Source: Eukaryota sp. GEM-RC1 (lineage: Eukaryota). Taken from it: 64,000 nt of DNA. A program made the position numbers and the translations under genes. Under the pieces are notes generated by a model, which was not told the DNA's origin, made no database searches, and saw only the letters and a program-made list of their open reading frames with translations. This document shows, piece by piece, positions 1 to 13,980 of this stretch. Position 1 is the first letter of the stretch. The number at the start of each line of letters is the position of its first letter. Location of the stretch: NCBI GenBank assembly GCA_040285855.1, contig JAUFOQ010000010.1:372001-436000 (forward strand). The letters run 5' to 3'.

Positions 1-99
1 GTCAAACACAATCAACCGAAGGGACGTGTGTGTAATCAACGGTCATGATTATCAACACGACTGCATTTTTTCTCAAGAAATAGCTTCATTGTCCTTGAG

Positions 100-768
100 T
101 TGAGTGATGCTTTGGTTATTCTCAGTGATATATTCTATGTTCAGTATGCTTGTAATCTTTCTGATGACGATTGTTTCATATTGATCAGTGCACTTCACAA
201 CAATAATTTAAAAAAATTGGATCTCAGTCGCAATTCGTTTGGTCTCAACCGTCTTTTATCCATTTATGAGTTGGTTTCAACAAACAAATTTCCACCCACT
301 GTTGAAGTGGATCCTCATTCTGTTGATGATGAAAATGATCTATTCTCATTTTCCCCAAAAAAGTTGACTCATTTTACTACAGAAGATGTCTCAGTTCTAC
401 GCCGTTTTTTAGGTTCATCTATAATCAGAGATCTTTCTCTTAATAATTGTAGATTTACTGATGAAGCATTCACTAGATTTTGTGAAGCTGTCAGACTCAA
501 TCACATGGCGTTGTATTCTATTGACCTCAGTCACTGTGCACTCACAGACGACAACGTCTCCCAATTTGTTAGATTATTGCAGTTCACTTCAAATCTTAGT
601 GTTATTGATCTTAGTAGCAATTCAATTTGTAATGAAGGTGCCATTGTATTGGCTGAAATGTTAAAGGTAAATACAAATATCACTAGTATTTACCTTCGGC
701 GAAACTCTATTGATACTGAAACCCAACTCTTCATCCAAAAAGTTTCAAATGGTCGTATAAGATGTTAA
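100..768 (+). pseudogene. C-terminal fragment of the large RNI-type LRR family
   Basis: LRR motifs (LKKLDLSRNSFG, IDLSHCALTD, IDLSSNSICNEGAIVLAEMLKVN) and the family PHSVD..ND..FSFSP motif. There is no ATG start. The 5' ~150 bp match the non-coding flank at 35610-35710, so the 5' part of the gene is missing. Confidence 0.7.
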
Positions 769-1062
769 CTTAAATCTTATGACATTTTCGTAAATTTATT
801 AGTACACATAATAATACTTTACCGTAAATTCTGTTTTTTCACAAAAATCTGTTCACACATACGATTTGTTAAATTTTGATTTTTCAACACACAAAGGGAA
901 CCTGATGTGTTATAAGTCCTATGAAAGTAATTCTTGGTAAATATTCAAATGTGTTGTGTTGGAGTAAAATATCTGCAGTTCCGTTTTCCCGACATCATTA
1001 CTGTAAAACAAAAGAATTAAACTCATTACCGCTCCTGTGATTTATTAACCTTCTTTAAAACA

Positions 1063-1873
1063 GTAATTTTAAAACTCAATTTTATCACATAGTTCAATGC
1101 ATTTGTTGACCATTGATGACCATTATCATTTACTCAATATTGGTCAATATCTTATTATTTACAAAATCGAAACATAAATTAAGATTGGAATTCACTTTTA
1201 GATGTCGTAGTAACACTGAGTGATAACTGAAAATTCGTCGCATTTGATGAAATGTCCAATCTTTTCCGGATTAACATGTATCAATGTAATAAAGTGGTGG
1301 TGTTTGTGAGACGGCGATTGTTAATCGACATTGTGTTAGTTTCACATAAAAAACACATCACAACTAACAACAATCAGTGTTGATCTAATTCTTTATAGTA
1401 ACTTCCAAAATAGTACGAACAAATCTTGATGATAAGCAAAGACGAATTGAATGTATAAACGAAAACCAAGAATTGACGAAATTCACAGATATGGATATAC
1501 AACAGGATAAAGAAATTAGTGAAAGATCTTGATGATATGTCCGAATCATAATTTACCAACAATCTACACCACACTGTGAAATAAACAGGACACAAACCTA
1601 GTTCGACAGAATCATGGATTATTCGGAATCAATTCAATTGGTGTTTGATCACATTCAGTACATATACCAATTTTTCAACTTTTGTCATTTTACAAGAATT
1701 GCGTCAGAATCTACAGCACATTTACAGCACTGATCCTACATGGCAAATCTTTTGGTATGAATAGTAAACTATTTCAATCAATCCAATTTCAAAACAACTA
1801 TTATACATCCCAAAACAAAATACGCGTTGAAAGCAAAATAAAATTGGATTTGTTCAAAATGATTTGAAAATGT
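1063..1873. repeat. Dispersed non-coding repeat; copies at ~11580-12432 and ~35899-36500
   Basis: Near-identical blocks such as 'aaacacatcacaactaacaacaatca...gacgaattgaatg..taaacgaaaaccaagaattgacgaa' occur at all three places. Confidence 0.85.
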
Positions 1874-2149
1874 AATTATAAATTGTCTGATAACTCTGAA
1901 ACAATGTCAAAAACTGACAAATCGAAATTTAATTTATGAACGAAACACTATGAAAATGACTACAAAATCAGATGTTAGACTCTGTAATAAACATTCTGAT
2001 GACGTCACACTGATAAAAGTTACCGACAGAGTCAAATGGTTTCTATCAGTCAAGAAAAGATAAACCCTCACTCGTCAGAGTAGGTTAATGTGATAAATCA
2101 TTTTACTCTGTCGCTCATTCCTCACTGAGAAGAACCCTAACCTTAACAT

Positions 2150-2545
2150 AGAGGCCTTTATTCAATTATTAATACATTATTTGATGAACTTTACTTGGGG
2201 CACATCCCTTCTCTTAAAAGTACTCGTTTCCAGAACTCTATACCAACTTGACCTCCCGTGTCATTTACACTTGAAAATTCATTCTCAAAAGGTAAAAGCA
2301 TTCCAACCTTCTTCAATAATTTTCTACTTCCACTTCTGATACTCAGATGAATGGATATCCCCTATCTTCTATACACCGTCCAATCCTGCGTGCAACTTTT
2401 GGAAGAAACCTGGTTATTCAATAGACCAATATTCTAAACCTTTTCTGCAGAACATCCAAAGTGAACAAAAACCAAAAGACTTACCCACAGTTAATCCTAG
2501 TAATCCAAAAAACACTGCTAATAACTCCAAAAGAAGTAGACTCTT
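2150..2545 (+). mobile_element. Degenerate gag zinc-knuckle remnant (copy at ~36780-37200)
   Basis: The 37040 copy reads NPACNFCKKPGYSIDHYP, a decayed CX2CX4HX4C knuckle. This copy is more degraded. Confidence 0.4.
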
Positions 2546-2579
2546 AAGGTGAAACAATTTGATTTCTAAAAAAAATTAG

Positions 2580-2870
2580 AATGAATATTTCAAATTCACA
2601 GCCATCCTGCTTGACATGTGGGAAAGACAGCAGCAAACCAACTTATACACGTTTCAAAACTCAATCAATCAAACGAGTCGAAAGACGAGCCTCATCAGTG
2701 GTCTTCTGCCACGTCATCCAATAATTCTCTTGGATTCCGTCCATTATTAGGATCTGAGGTATTCTGCTTTTACGAGTGTTTTAGCAACGCTCCCATACTT
2801 AATTAGTAATGTTGCTTTTGTCAGTCACCGTTTTTTTATTCAACTTTTTCTTTTCGGGCGACATTGGTTC
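2580..2870 (+). pseudogene. Vestigial N-terminus of the LRR family (copy at ~37240-37520)
   Basis: The NVGFVSHCF / NVAFVSHRF motif matches the family motif VGYVSxxF. Confidence 0.4.
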
Positions 2871-3816
2871 TTAAAGAACAAAAAAGTCCGAAAATATCTC
2901 AAATCAATAAGAGTGACATTAAACACTGTAAGTTCCACAATTTTCATTTGTTCAAATCAATAATTAAAATAGCAGAGATTCTGTGTGATCAAAATTACTT
3001 TCGTCACCCATTGAAATCACTTTATTTATTGAATTTATAAATTCTTAACATAAATGAAACAAATACAACGACACTACACATAAACTGCAGTCATCACTTT
3101 CATTTCCTCAGTAAAACGAAGAACATATTGAAGAATTGACCTGAAAGTTTTGATTTAATAAGTATTAAATAGATTAAATGATTTTGTACTGGAAACCTTG
3201 GAAATGAAACACCCAGAAGTTTGTCCACAGATTCACTCAGATTAGAACCGTGAAAATTGTGGGAATGAGTGATTTTTGTTTTCGTACTTAAATAAGTGAC
3301 ACGTAGATGGTGATTTGAATCTTGCTCACCTTACAGTGCTGATGACGTCATCAATTTATCAACCACGTGGCCATCCACAAGGACTGACCAGATCTAAAGT
3401 GATTTGGAAGAGAATAGATTGGAGACGTTGATGGGAGAAGTTCATATGAAGCAGATCAAGGGACATAGGAAAAGCAAAGAGAAGGGATGTTCATTCAAAA
3501 GATCAAGATATCAAGTTGAGACCTGACACTGTTGTCCTGCATGCAAAGTTGTTGGGTTCAGCAGAGGGCTTCAGAGGAAAGTTAATATTCTTCTCGTTGT
3601 GGACGTAAAGTGGAGGTGTAGAATTGTAGCACAACACCTGAGTTACAGGTAGATAGAGGAGAATCACCACGTTACTTAAAAGATGTAAGAACTGGTCTTT
3701 GTGACAAACAGCAGAAAGTTTGGGTGCTAGATTCACTTTGAGATTAAAGTAGAAGTCTGTTTTTCTCTGGCTACATCCCATAGAAGTTCATCTTATTTCA
3801 ACCAATCTCCACTTAC

Positions 3817-5865
3817 ATGTCAGATCCTTCATCACCTGGTCATCAGTTCCCTTGTGATCATGTTCATTTCCAACAATCCTTGTTGACACTGATACAATCT
3901 CACTACATCAGAAGTTACTTAAGGAACTGGAAGGATAAGAACTGGTGGTACTTTAGTAGTGTGACACAATTTCTACCGCGTTTCTTGAAAAGGTTGGTTA
4001 TGTGAGTCAATATTTCTTTGAATCTTCTGTTATAGCAGTTAAGAATTTTCTTGGGAATAACTCATTTTATGTCTGTTCTACCAATTTTCCAAGAGTTCGT
4101 TCATTTGAATCTAGTTTCGGAATAGAACTCGGTTCCATAATTCTAAACGTTCACGAATCGTTTGAATGGAAAAATATTTCACTTTTTACTTCAACTATTT
4201 CTGGTGTCTTCTTGCCTCAACATGCCTTTGAAAATGATCATGACTCTATGTTACAACTTCTCTTTGATGAATCTTTCCCTTTCTTCTTAGCGAATCTGAT
4301 ATACCTTCGGTTTACCATAAACAGTTCAAAGGATAACATTAACTCTATATGTGATTACCTTCTGAAAAATTCAAGCATCTCAGATTTAGCCATTGAAATT
4401 CATTCTCTCACTTCATTTGATGCGTTAAAACTCGCTAAAGTGTTTTCTTCAAAGCCAACATTACGTAAGGTTTCTCTGGTATCTTGGAAAAGTATAGATG
4501 AAAAGTCTATATTGCTGTTTGAAGGTCTTGCGATTAGTCGAATTCAACACCTTGATTTAACAGATTTCTGTATAGACAATTCAAATGTTCTTGTGCCCCT
4601 ACTATCGCGTTCTTCTTTTTCAACTATTGTTTTCCCCGTTGTTCTTCAATTGATTCAACGATATTTGCTGTTTTGCAGAGCAATACCAGTCTAGAAGAGG
4701 TAACAATTTTAAATGGAACTTTTACTTTTCATGATCTTACAGATGTTCTTACTCATAATCCTATTCTGAGGAAATTAAACCTGTCATCGTGTAATGTTTC
4801 ATTATCATTATTATTCAAATTTCTTGAATCAAATTCCACTTTGTTAGAGTTATCTATTTCTGAACAAATTATTAGAAAATTCAATGACCAAGAAGTAGAG
4901 TCCTTATGTGGAATGTTACAACGTAATTCTTGTTTGCTTAATCTGAGTCTTGACGGTTTACGATTTACTATTTTGCAATTCAATATTTTTCTAAAGGCAC
5001 TTGAAAATCACTCAATGCTAAAGAAAATAATTTGTCCCTTTTTGAATTTACATTGCTTAATTACAATGTTTGAAAAAATATTTCCTGGTAAAACAAGATC
5101 TCTGATTGATGTAACTCCCTATGATATTAATGTTTTCGATGGTACTATTTGGTGTCCAGATGAAATTGAACATGATGATTTAATATCACTTTTAAATGCT
5201 TTAAGATTAGGGATTCCTATTATCCGTGTTGAATGTGTGGTAAACAACATGTATTCGAGTCTTGACGAACTTATTACAATATTTGAAATTCTGTGTCTCA
5301 ACAAATCAGTGATAGATGCTCCTCGTTGTATTGACCTTGAAAATGGCATGTTCTGTTACGCACCAGATAGTTCAATGAACAACACTCAAGTTGAGCCATC
5401 AGCATTGCAGCGTCTTTTACAGTGTAGATCACTACAACAGCTTACTCTTCAATGTTGTTCTTTTCAGATGAAACATTCACTGTTTTATGTGACATAATCA
5501 AAAACAATGTTGGACTGACTTTCATTGATTTAAGTCACTGTGAACTCACTGATGGTAATTTGGTAAATTTAATAGATGTATTTGAATTTAATGCTCATTC
5601 ATCTCTGACAATTATTGCTCTACAGAAAAACTGTATTAGTTCACAAGGTGCCGTATCATTGGCAAAAATGTTGACAAGAGATTGTTCAATTACTACCATT
5701 AATCTGAGTGACAATTTTATTGACTCTGAAGGTGCTTTGGCTTTGGAGGATGCTTTAAGAATTAATTGTACAATTACTGTCATTTTCCTTAACAATAACT
5801 TCCTTGACACTCAAACTGTAGAACTAATCACGAAAAAGCCAAATGATAGGATAAACGTCAATTAG
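3817..5865 (+). CDS. Large RNI-type LRR protein A with F-box-like N-terminus (~680 aa; 3 frameshifts, probably sequencing errors)
   Basis: Consecutive overlapping ORFs 3817/4002/4673/5452 join into one family-typical protein (FQQSLLTLIQSH...VGYVSQYFFES...LRRs...DRINVN). The breaks sit in or beside homopolymers. Confidence 0.75.
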
Positions 5866-6420
5866 TCCACTTAACGTAATCTTTAAGGAACATTTATGAT
5901 CTTTCTACAGTTAAAGTATTTTGTTTAAAAATAATGTTGAATGATGTATGACTTGCGTACTGCTTTGTAATAGAAGGATTAAGTATCATGTAGGTGTAAT
6001 ATGATGCAAGCGTTAGTGTGGTATAAGTACGTAGGTGTATTTTAATTAATACACAACCATATTTTTCTGTGGAATCCAGTAAGTGATAAGTGTAATAGAC
6101 TGAAAAACATAGAATTTGAGATGATATGACCCCTTCTGCTTCTATATATCTGGTGTTGAAATGACCAAGACTAAAGAACAACTAAGTTCAACTTCTTCCA
6201 AGAAGAATTCGACCAGATTTGTGACAAATGTATCACCCAACTTTCTATCCATATTGAGAATGCACCTCAAATTGGAGTACAAATTCAACCATATCAGTGG
6301 AAAGAAGCTGGGGAATAGAAAGCGAAGGAATCAGGTCTAACTGGAACATCAACATACACAATCAAGATTTGTCTGACAATTTACACCTGACTAATTCCCT
6401 GCATTCCCTCCTATATCATC

Positions 6421-9400
6421 ATGGAACCTCCTCTTAAGACCAGACGTTCATCGGCTGATCTATCAACTTTCTCCTTACCCTCTTCTTTACATCTTCAGGA
6501 GTCCATACTTCTGGTATTCAAAACTCACTTGCTGAGACGTCTCCTGAGGTCTACTCTTGAACCACGTCGACGGGATTCTCTTCGACTTCCGTTCCGACGT
6601 TTTGTAACAAAGCTTCCTTCTCTTGTTCAAAAAGTGGCTTACGTGAGTCAACGTTTCCTCAAGCTATTTATTCCAGCCGTCAAGATGTTCTTTGGAAACA
6701 AACACGTTTCCTGTAGTTTCTAAAGACCTTGCTAAACTCTCTTCAATCGCTTCTTTCTTTTGGAGCACAAGTTCATTCTGTTTGTTGGACGAGATCTTTC
6801 CATTTGAAGACATTCTTGAGTTTACTTCTGTTGTATCTCATATAAAAGCAGAAAGTTCGTCATTTTTACCTCACTTACTGGATTGTTCTTTTTCTATTTT
6901 TCTTCCACGTCTACTAGTTCTTGAAGTTACTAAGAAATCCTCTGATGATTCTTTTATTTCTTTTTGTAAATCTCTGATGATTACTACTACTATTATAGAA
7001 TTTCATTTAGAAATTGATGCTCTTTCTGCTGCTGAAACTCTTGCTCTTGCAGAACTGTTTTACACAAATAACACTTTGAAAAGTGTTAAACTTTCTTCAG
7101 TAATTGCTCTTTCAATCAAGGATGAAGAAGCTTTGAAAATTTTCACTTCAATTCTCCATAATTCAGTAATTCAATCATTGGATTTGTCTGGATTTAAAGT
7201 TCGAAATTCCAATGTTCTTTTACCTTTGTCAGAGAGTTCTAGTCTCAAAAGTATTGTATTTCCTAGGAATTGTCATTTTGATTCTGTTGCAGTGAATAAT
7301 CTTAAAATCAACTCTTCTATTAAAGAAGTTACTATTTCACATTGTTCTGTCGATAGGGATTTTCCTGATGTTTTGAAATGTAATTCTTCTTTGAAAAACT
7401 TGAGCTTACTGAGTGTTCTTTCTCTTTATCTCAGCTATGTAAGGCTATGGAAACTAATAATTCACTGACAGAGTTAAAAACTCAGGTGCTGGCACATCAT
7501 TTAACTGATCAAGAAGCTCTATCGGTATGCTTAATGATACAAAAAAATACCACTTTGTTGGTCTTATATCTAGAAGGTGTAAAATTGAAACCCATTCAGT
7601 TTAAAACAATTCTTGGAGGACTAAAACTGAATTCGACATTAAAGTCAGTTAGTTTCACCTCTCTAGACCTCTGTTGTTTACTTTCAATCTTTGAGGGAAT
7701 AACATCTAACAAATTAATTACAAATTTCCAAGTTTCAGACAGTTCTATTGATTTCGTTAAAGGTGTTGTTCGCTGTGGAAATCAAATTTCAAATTTTGAT
7801 TTAGTATCACTATTGGATGCATTAAAATCGAACCTTCCTATCAAACGTGTTAATTGTCTTGGAGTGACAAGTCCAAGTCTAGAAGGACTAATTGCTTTTT
7901 TTGAAATACTTTCATTGAACAAGTCAGTTCTCGAGCTTGATGTTTCTCCTCATATTATTGACATTGAAAATGGTGTTTTTCTTTTTTCACCAACATCTTC
8001 CACCAAAATCGATGGTGAGAATATGTCCTTTTTAAAAAGTGTTCTAAAACGTGTCGATGTCAAAAGCTGACCCTTAAAAGATGTCGTTTCTCCAACAAGG
8101 CACTGTCTGGATTATGCAAATTGATTCAGGATAGTAATTCTTTATCTTCTCTTGACCTCAGTTCTTGTCGATTATCAAACGACAAAATTTTGCGAATAAT
8201 TAATTCGCTCGAATCCAAATCACATTTTAAACAAATTAATCTCAACAATAATTTAGTTGAATTTCAAAGTCTGTTCATTATTTTCGAATTGATTTTCACT
8301 GATAAGTTAATTTCAAATATTACTTTTGCTCCTCATTCTTTTGATGTTTCTCTTGGTTATATTCGTTATCAAAATGAGATCACCAATGATGACATGGTTG
8401 CGCTTTTAAATGTTTTAAAATCAAATCTTCCTATTAAACGTGTTGAATGTCTTGGATTGAGAAGTCCAAGTCTAGAAGGACTTGTGAGCTTATTTGAAAT
8501 TATTTCTACTTACAAATCAATGGTAAACGTCGATATTTCCCCTCATATTACTGATGTTGAAAATGGTCTTTTTTCTTATTGTCCGGAAAGTTCTAGTCCA
8601 ATAGCTACTGCTGAAGTTTCTTCTCTTCAATCTTTTTTGGAGTGTTTTAATATCAGGGAGCTTGTTTTAAAAAACTGTAATTTCAAAGAAGACGTTTTGA
8701 CTCATTTATGTGCTTCAATTAGAGTCAATGCTTCACTGACTGATGTTGACTTTTTCCAATGTTGTCTTCCTGACAATGATTCCCTGAGGTTTCTCAATGT
8801 AATTCAGTGTATATGTTTAAGAACTATCGACTTGGACCTTTCTGACATTGAGTTCAAAGAACTTTTGACTGTATTTGATCAGTTCGCAATTCATAGTTCT
8901 GTTGGTAGTATTATTTTGGGTCCTCATTCTATTGACTTTACTCATTGTTCTATTATGTTTCAAAATGAAGTGGGAAATGATGATTTGATTTCACTTTTAA
9001 ATGCGTTGAATTCAAATCTTCCTATTAAACGTGTTGAATGTAGTGGATTGAGAAGTCCAAGTCTAGAAGGACTTATTAATTTATTTGAAATTCTTTCCAT
9101 CAACAAATCAGTAATGAGTGTTGATATCTCACCACATCGTATAGATATCGAAAATGATGTGTTTGCTTTTTCACCGGAAAGTTCTATTCGAGTAACTGTG
9201 GACGATTTGTCTCCACTTCAATCACTTTTGAACAGTTCTAATATAAAAGAGCTTTCTCTCAAAAGATGTAAATTTTCTCAAAGTGCATTCAATGTTTTGT
9301 GTGATTTAATTAGAGTCAATGAATCATTGACTTCTATTGACTTCAGTTACATTGGAGTATCCGACCTTAAATCAACTCGTTATTCTGACCCCGATTCTCC

Positions 9401-10807
9401 CCTGATATCTGATCACCATTTGTCAAAATTCATTAGCACACTTAAGTCCAAGTTTCACTTACGAAAAGTCAATCTCAGTAACTCTTCCATTGGATTTAAT
9501 AATATTTTGATCGTCTTTGAAATGATTTCAACTAACACATTGACACCAAATGTTAAAATTTGTCCTCATTCTCTTAATGTTACTATTGGTTGTATTCGTT
9601 ATCTAAATGAAATTAATAATGATGATTTGATTCTACTATCAAAATCTTTGAATTCAAACCTTCCTATTAAACGTGTTGAATTTTGTGGATTGAAAAGTGC
9701 AAGTCTAAAAGGACTCATTACTTTATTTGAAATTCTCTCTCTTGGAAAATCACTAATTGATCTTCAAATTTCTCCTCATATTATTGATGTTGAAAATGGT
9801 GTGTTTGCTTTTTCACCTGAAAGTTCTACTCGAGTAACTGCTGAAGATATGTCGTCTCTTCAATCACTTTTTTTGAACAGTACTAGTATCAAAGAGCTGA
9901 CTCTTAGTAGATGTAGTTTTTCCGAGGATTCATTCAAGCAGTTATGTCATTTAATCAGGGTCAATAACTCATTGACTTCTATTGACTTCAGTCACATTAG
10001 ATTATCAAACCGCAATTCGACTCGTTATCTTGACCCCAATGGCCCCCAGCTATCTGATCAATATTTGTCAAAACTAATCAGTGCTCTTAAAGCCAACTCA
10101 AATTTAAAAGAAGTCAATCTTAGTAATTCTTCTGTTGGTTTTAAATTTATCTTGTCCTTTTTGAATTGATTGCAGCTGCCAAATTAAGACTAAACTTTAA
10201 AATCTGTCGTCATTCTCTAAATTATTGTCAGGGTTTCATTTCTTATCAAGAAGAAGCTGTAAATTCTGATTTGTTTCTCCTGGAAAAAGCATTAAATGCA
10301 AACCTTGGTATTAAACGTGTTCAATTTCTTGGGTTAATAAGGCCAAGTTTAAAAGGACTTATTGTTCTATTGGAAATTCTGTATATTCACAAAACAGAAA
10401 TTGATCTTGATGTTGCTCCTCATATTGTCAATGTTGAAAATGCTGTATTTTGTTTTTCACCACAAAGGTACACACCAGTGACTGCTGAAGATGTTACATC
10501 CTTACAATGTGTGTTAAATTATTGTAGTATCAAACAGCTTACTCTTAATAGGTGTTATTTCACTAAGGAAGCAATCACTATTTTGTGTGATTTAATTAGA
10601 GTCAATAAGTCACTTATTTCTGTCAATCTGAGTCATTGTAATCTTGACGATGACGCAGCTCCAGCTTTCGCTTTTGCACTGGAAGTAAACACTTCGATCG
10701 AAAGTATTGATCTAAGCGACAATTCTTTTGGTAGTGAAAGTGCAATGACGTTCATTACTTCTACTCTGGAACGTGCTGTGTATTCTCGTGATTGTACGCA
10801 GAAGTGA
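6421..10807 (+). CDS. Large LRR protein B (~1450 aa) with F-box-like N-terminus and ~190-aa higher-order repeats; frameshifted in the assembly
   Basis: ORFs 6421/6692/7447/8121/10166 are contiguous. The module NDDLISLLNALKSNLPIKRVECxGLRSPSLEGLIxLFEILS...SPHIIDxENGVFxFSP occurs five times. Confidence 0.8.
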
Positions 10808-10953
10808 GGAACGTTGACCATAAAAGTACTGTATAGTAGATTTAAACTGTGAAGTCATTGGTTATCAGTATCAATTCATTGAATGTTATCCATAGTCAAT
10901 ATTCGTCTGTGTTCTGTTGTTGTAAACTATTTGCTTTTTCCAGCATCAATATA

Positions 10954-11523
10954 CACTAATCATGGTAAATAGTCTCACTCAGACTAATTCATATGTCAAT
11001 GTCCAAAGGCTCCACATGGTAATTAGTCTCACTCAGACTAATTAACATGTGAGACTAATTAGCATGTTAGAAAAATAGTTTCACTCAGACTAATTATCAT
11101 TGTTGGAAATTAGTCTCACCTCCAGACAAAATTTGTAGTCATTCATTATGATCAATAGAGTAGGAAAACATTCGTTTGGTACGTATGCTTGATTTTCTAC
11201 CACAACAATCATATTGGGATGGGTAAACCAACCAGGAGGATGTGCTAGAACAAGCTCATTATTGAAAAAACAACGTCCTAAATCAATTTCTTGCCTTGTA
11301 AACACACACATAAGCGGAAATGCTATTCACAGGTAATATGGAGGTGGTTCAGTATTTGTATTCGTTGAATGTTCTTCTATTTTATAGGTATTTTATCACA
11401 AAAAGTGAGACTAATTTCCAATCGTGTTTCAGTTTAAAGTGTTACAACATGGGAATTAGTCTGAGTGAGACTAATTACCATGTGAGACTAATTTCCAATA
11501 CAGACTAATTACCATGATTAGTG
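10954..11523. mobile_element. Non-autonomous TIR element (MITE) with CACTA...TAGTG ends and TA flanks
   Basis: Left end CACTAATCATGGTAAATAGTCT and right end AGACTAATTACCATGATTAGTG (22 bp, 1 mismatch), with TA on both sides. There are repeated sub-terminal palindromes 'aattagtctcactcagactaatt'. Confidence 0.8.
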
Positions 11524-12439
11524 TATTAAAACTATATATGTTAAACTCCATTGTGTTCCTTTCAGTTTTTAGTTCTTTTATAAAACAGTAATTAAATAAC
11601 TCCACTTTATCACATCGTTCGATGTTAACCATTGATGACCATTTACTCAAATTTGGTCACCATCTAATTATTTACAAACAGTGGATGTCAATACAGCTTT
11701 CGATTCACTTTTAGATGTCGTAGTACACTGAGTGAAAACTCAAAATTCTTCTCATGTGCTTAAATGTCCAATTTGGGGCATTGAAAAGATCAACATATAT
11801 CAATGTAATAAAGTAGTGGTGTTTGTGAGACGTCGATTGTTAAAAGACATTGTGTTAGTTACAGATAAAAACACATCACAACTAACAACAATCACTGTTG
11901 ATCTAATTCTTTATAGTAACTTCTAAATTAGTACGAACAAATCTTGATGATAAGCAAAGACGAATTGAATGCATAAACGAAAACCAAGAATTGACGAAAT
12001 TCACAGACATGGATATACAACAGGATAAAGAAATTAGTGAAAGATCTTGATGATATGTGCAAATCATAATTTACCAACAATCTACACCACACTGTGAAAT
12101 AAACAGGTCACAAACCTAGTTCGACAGAATCATGGATTATTCGAAATCAATTTAATTGGTGTTTGATCAGATTAAGTACATATAGCAATTTTTCAACTTT
12201 GGTTATTATACAAGAATTTTATCAGAATTTACAGCAGTGATCCTACACGGCAAATCTTTTGGTATGAATAGTAAACTATTTCAAACAATCCAATCTCAAA
12301 TCAACACTGTTTCTTGTATTCTTTGATCAACTCTAGTTGACATAAACAACTGGTAACTATTATACATACCAAAAAAAATACGCATTGAAAGCAAATTGAA
12401 ATTGGACTTGTTCAAAATGATTTGAAAATGTAAAGAAAG

Positions 12440-13980
12440 CAGAAGACCTATACAATGCTACAAAAGGAATTCAAAACATGCAGGACTTTACAGATGTACT
12501 GATTCAGGAACTTCTCTTGGGTGTTCAGGAAGGAACCAACAGATCTGTCGGTTGCCTTGATGAAGTACGAACCCTCTTTTCTTATGACGGAGTCGACCAC
12601 TTCCTCAATTCTGGAGATATTATGACCTTAAATGATATATGTGTAGACCCATGGAATTTGTACAATTGTTTACGGTACGCAGCACGAAACCTACACTTAA
12701 GATTAAATGATGAGAGTTGTAGGCTTCTTGTTGTCGTCCCAGGAACTCATCCTGATCTTCAATCCCAATTTCCTGATCCTGTTATTGTTTCCAGTTCCAG
12801 CCTACTTACAGCACCCAAATTCAACATTCTTCAAATTGCAATCTGCAAAACCCATTCGTCCGTTGGTAAATGTTTATCAGCAATCAGATATCCGACCTTT
12901 GCTGGGTGACAATAGCTCTGTAGACTTCTACGAAAGATGTATTTCCTTTTGTTGTATTACAGGAATGCACTGTTCCAACGTCCTTGCTGGTTGTCTATTG
13001 CAAAACTATGTAAAACGAAGGATGTACTCTCAACCGTTTTTTATACGCTATTGACCATAAGATTGACTTATTTCAGAAAAAGAGTTTTCCTCCATCGAAT
13101 CATGTGTACTACCTCTCTGCTTATTTGGTTCAACTCTTCAAAGCTCCATCATCTCACACTTAATTCAGTTCTTATTCCTCGTATTACAGCAGTCAATAGT
13201 ATTTAGTAGTTTTCATCAGTTTTGTAGCTTCACTGTCGACCAATGGCGTCATCATTATGGAAAAGAGTAGTATGTTTGACAATCTTTGATCTGGACAGGA
13301 ATATCAGCGAGCTTAGTGGAGTTATCCTTGACAGTGGTTTGGATGTTTCTCTCATTGGTGAACGACTGGAACTTGTTGTTTTGACAATTTTCAATTTTAT
13401 GATACAGGATTGTATTAAATGATTGTTATCTAGTACCGACAGGAACCTGCAATTCTGCTCTCTACATGACGTTTTTTCAAAGAAGTGTGACCGCCACGAT
13501 TTAGTTTCCACTATTGAACAAGATGAACTACAAGACCCAAGCAGTTCTTATGTCTTTCAATACCTTCCCGACTCTGAAGACGAATCTTTGTCTGAACAAA
13601 CAAATCTTCGTGATTGGTTTGTGTCTATTCTACAACCTTGAAAAAAGGTTACTCTTCGTACGTTGGATGTCATTTGCATCAAGGATGGAGAACCACATGA
13701 TATTGAAAGGATGTTACTGTTTGTTCTTGTTTAAAGGGTCACATTTCAGATGACACGTGTAAATCGATCGTTTGATTTCCTTGTTCCAATTATCAAACGT
13801 CAAGATGGATGTGATTTTCCGAGTGTGTTGATGTATGTACAGCTAAAGTTGACAATTCTCAAAGAAGAATCTAATTTTTCCCAGTGTTTGTGCAGAGTCA
13901 AACTTGGAATGATTTTTGTTCTCCGTTTTCAGCAGATCCCAAAAAATTTAGCACCGAATCTGAAAACTGTCTGATACTAG
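12440..13980 (+). pseudogene. Degraded P-loop NTPase plus PD-(D/E)xK restriction-endonuclease-like gene (Crinkler/CR-type architecture)
   Basis: Walker-B-like VGCLDEVRTL, then LLVVVPGT, and a C-terminal FDFLVPII...VLMYVQLK motif. Multiple stops and frameshifts; the 5' end is cut by the dispersed repeat. Confidence 0.45.

Noticed and set aside
6680..6720. Programmed +1 frameshift shared by genes at 6421 and 55931 (TTTGGAAAC)
   Set aside because: The same extra T in a T-run before GGA recurs at ~6760 and ~41440, and duplicate genes show different indels at the same homopolymer (4630 vs 39290). This fits long-read error; short-read polishing would settle it.
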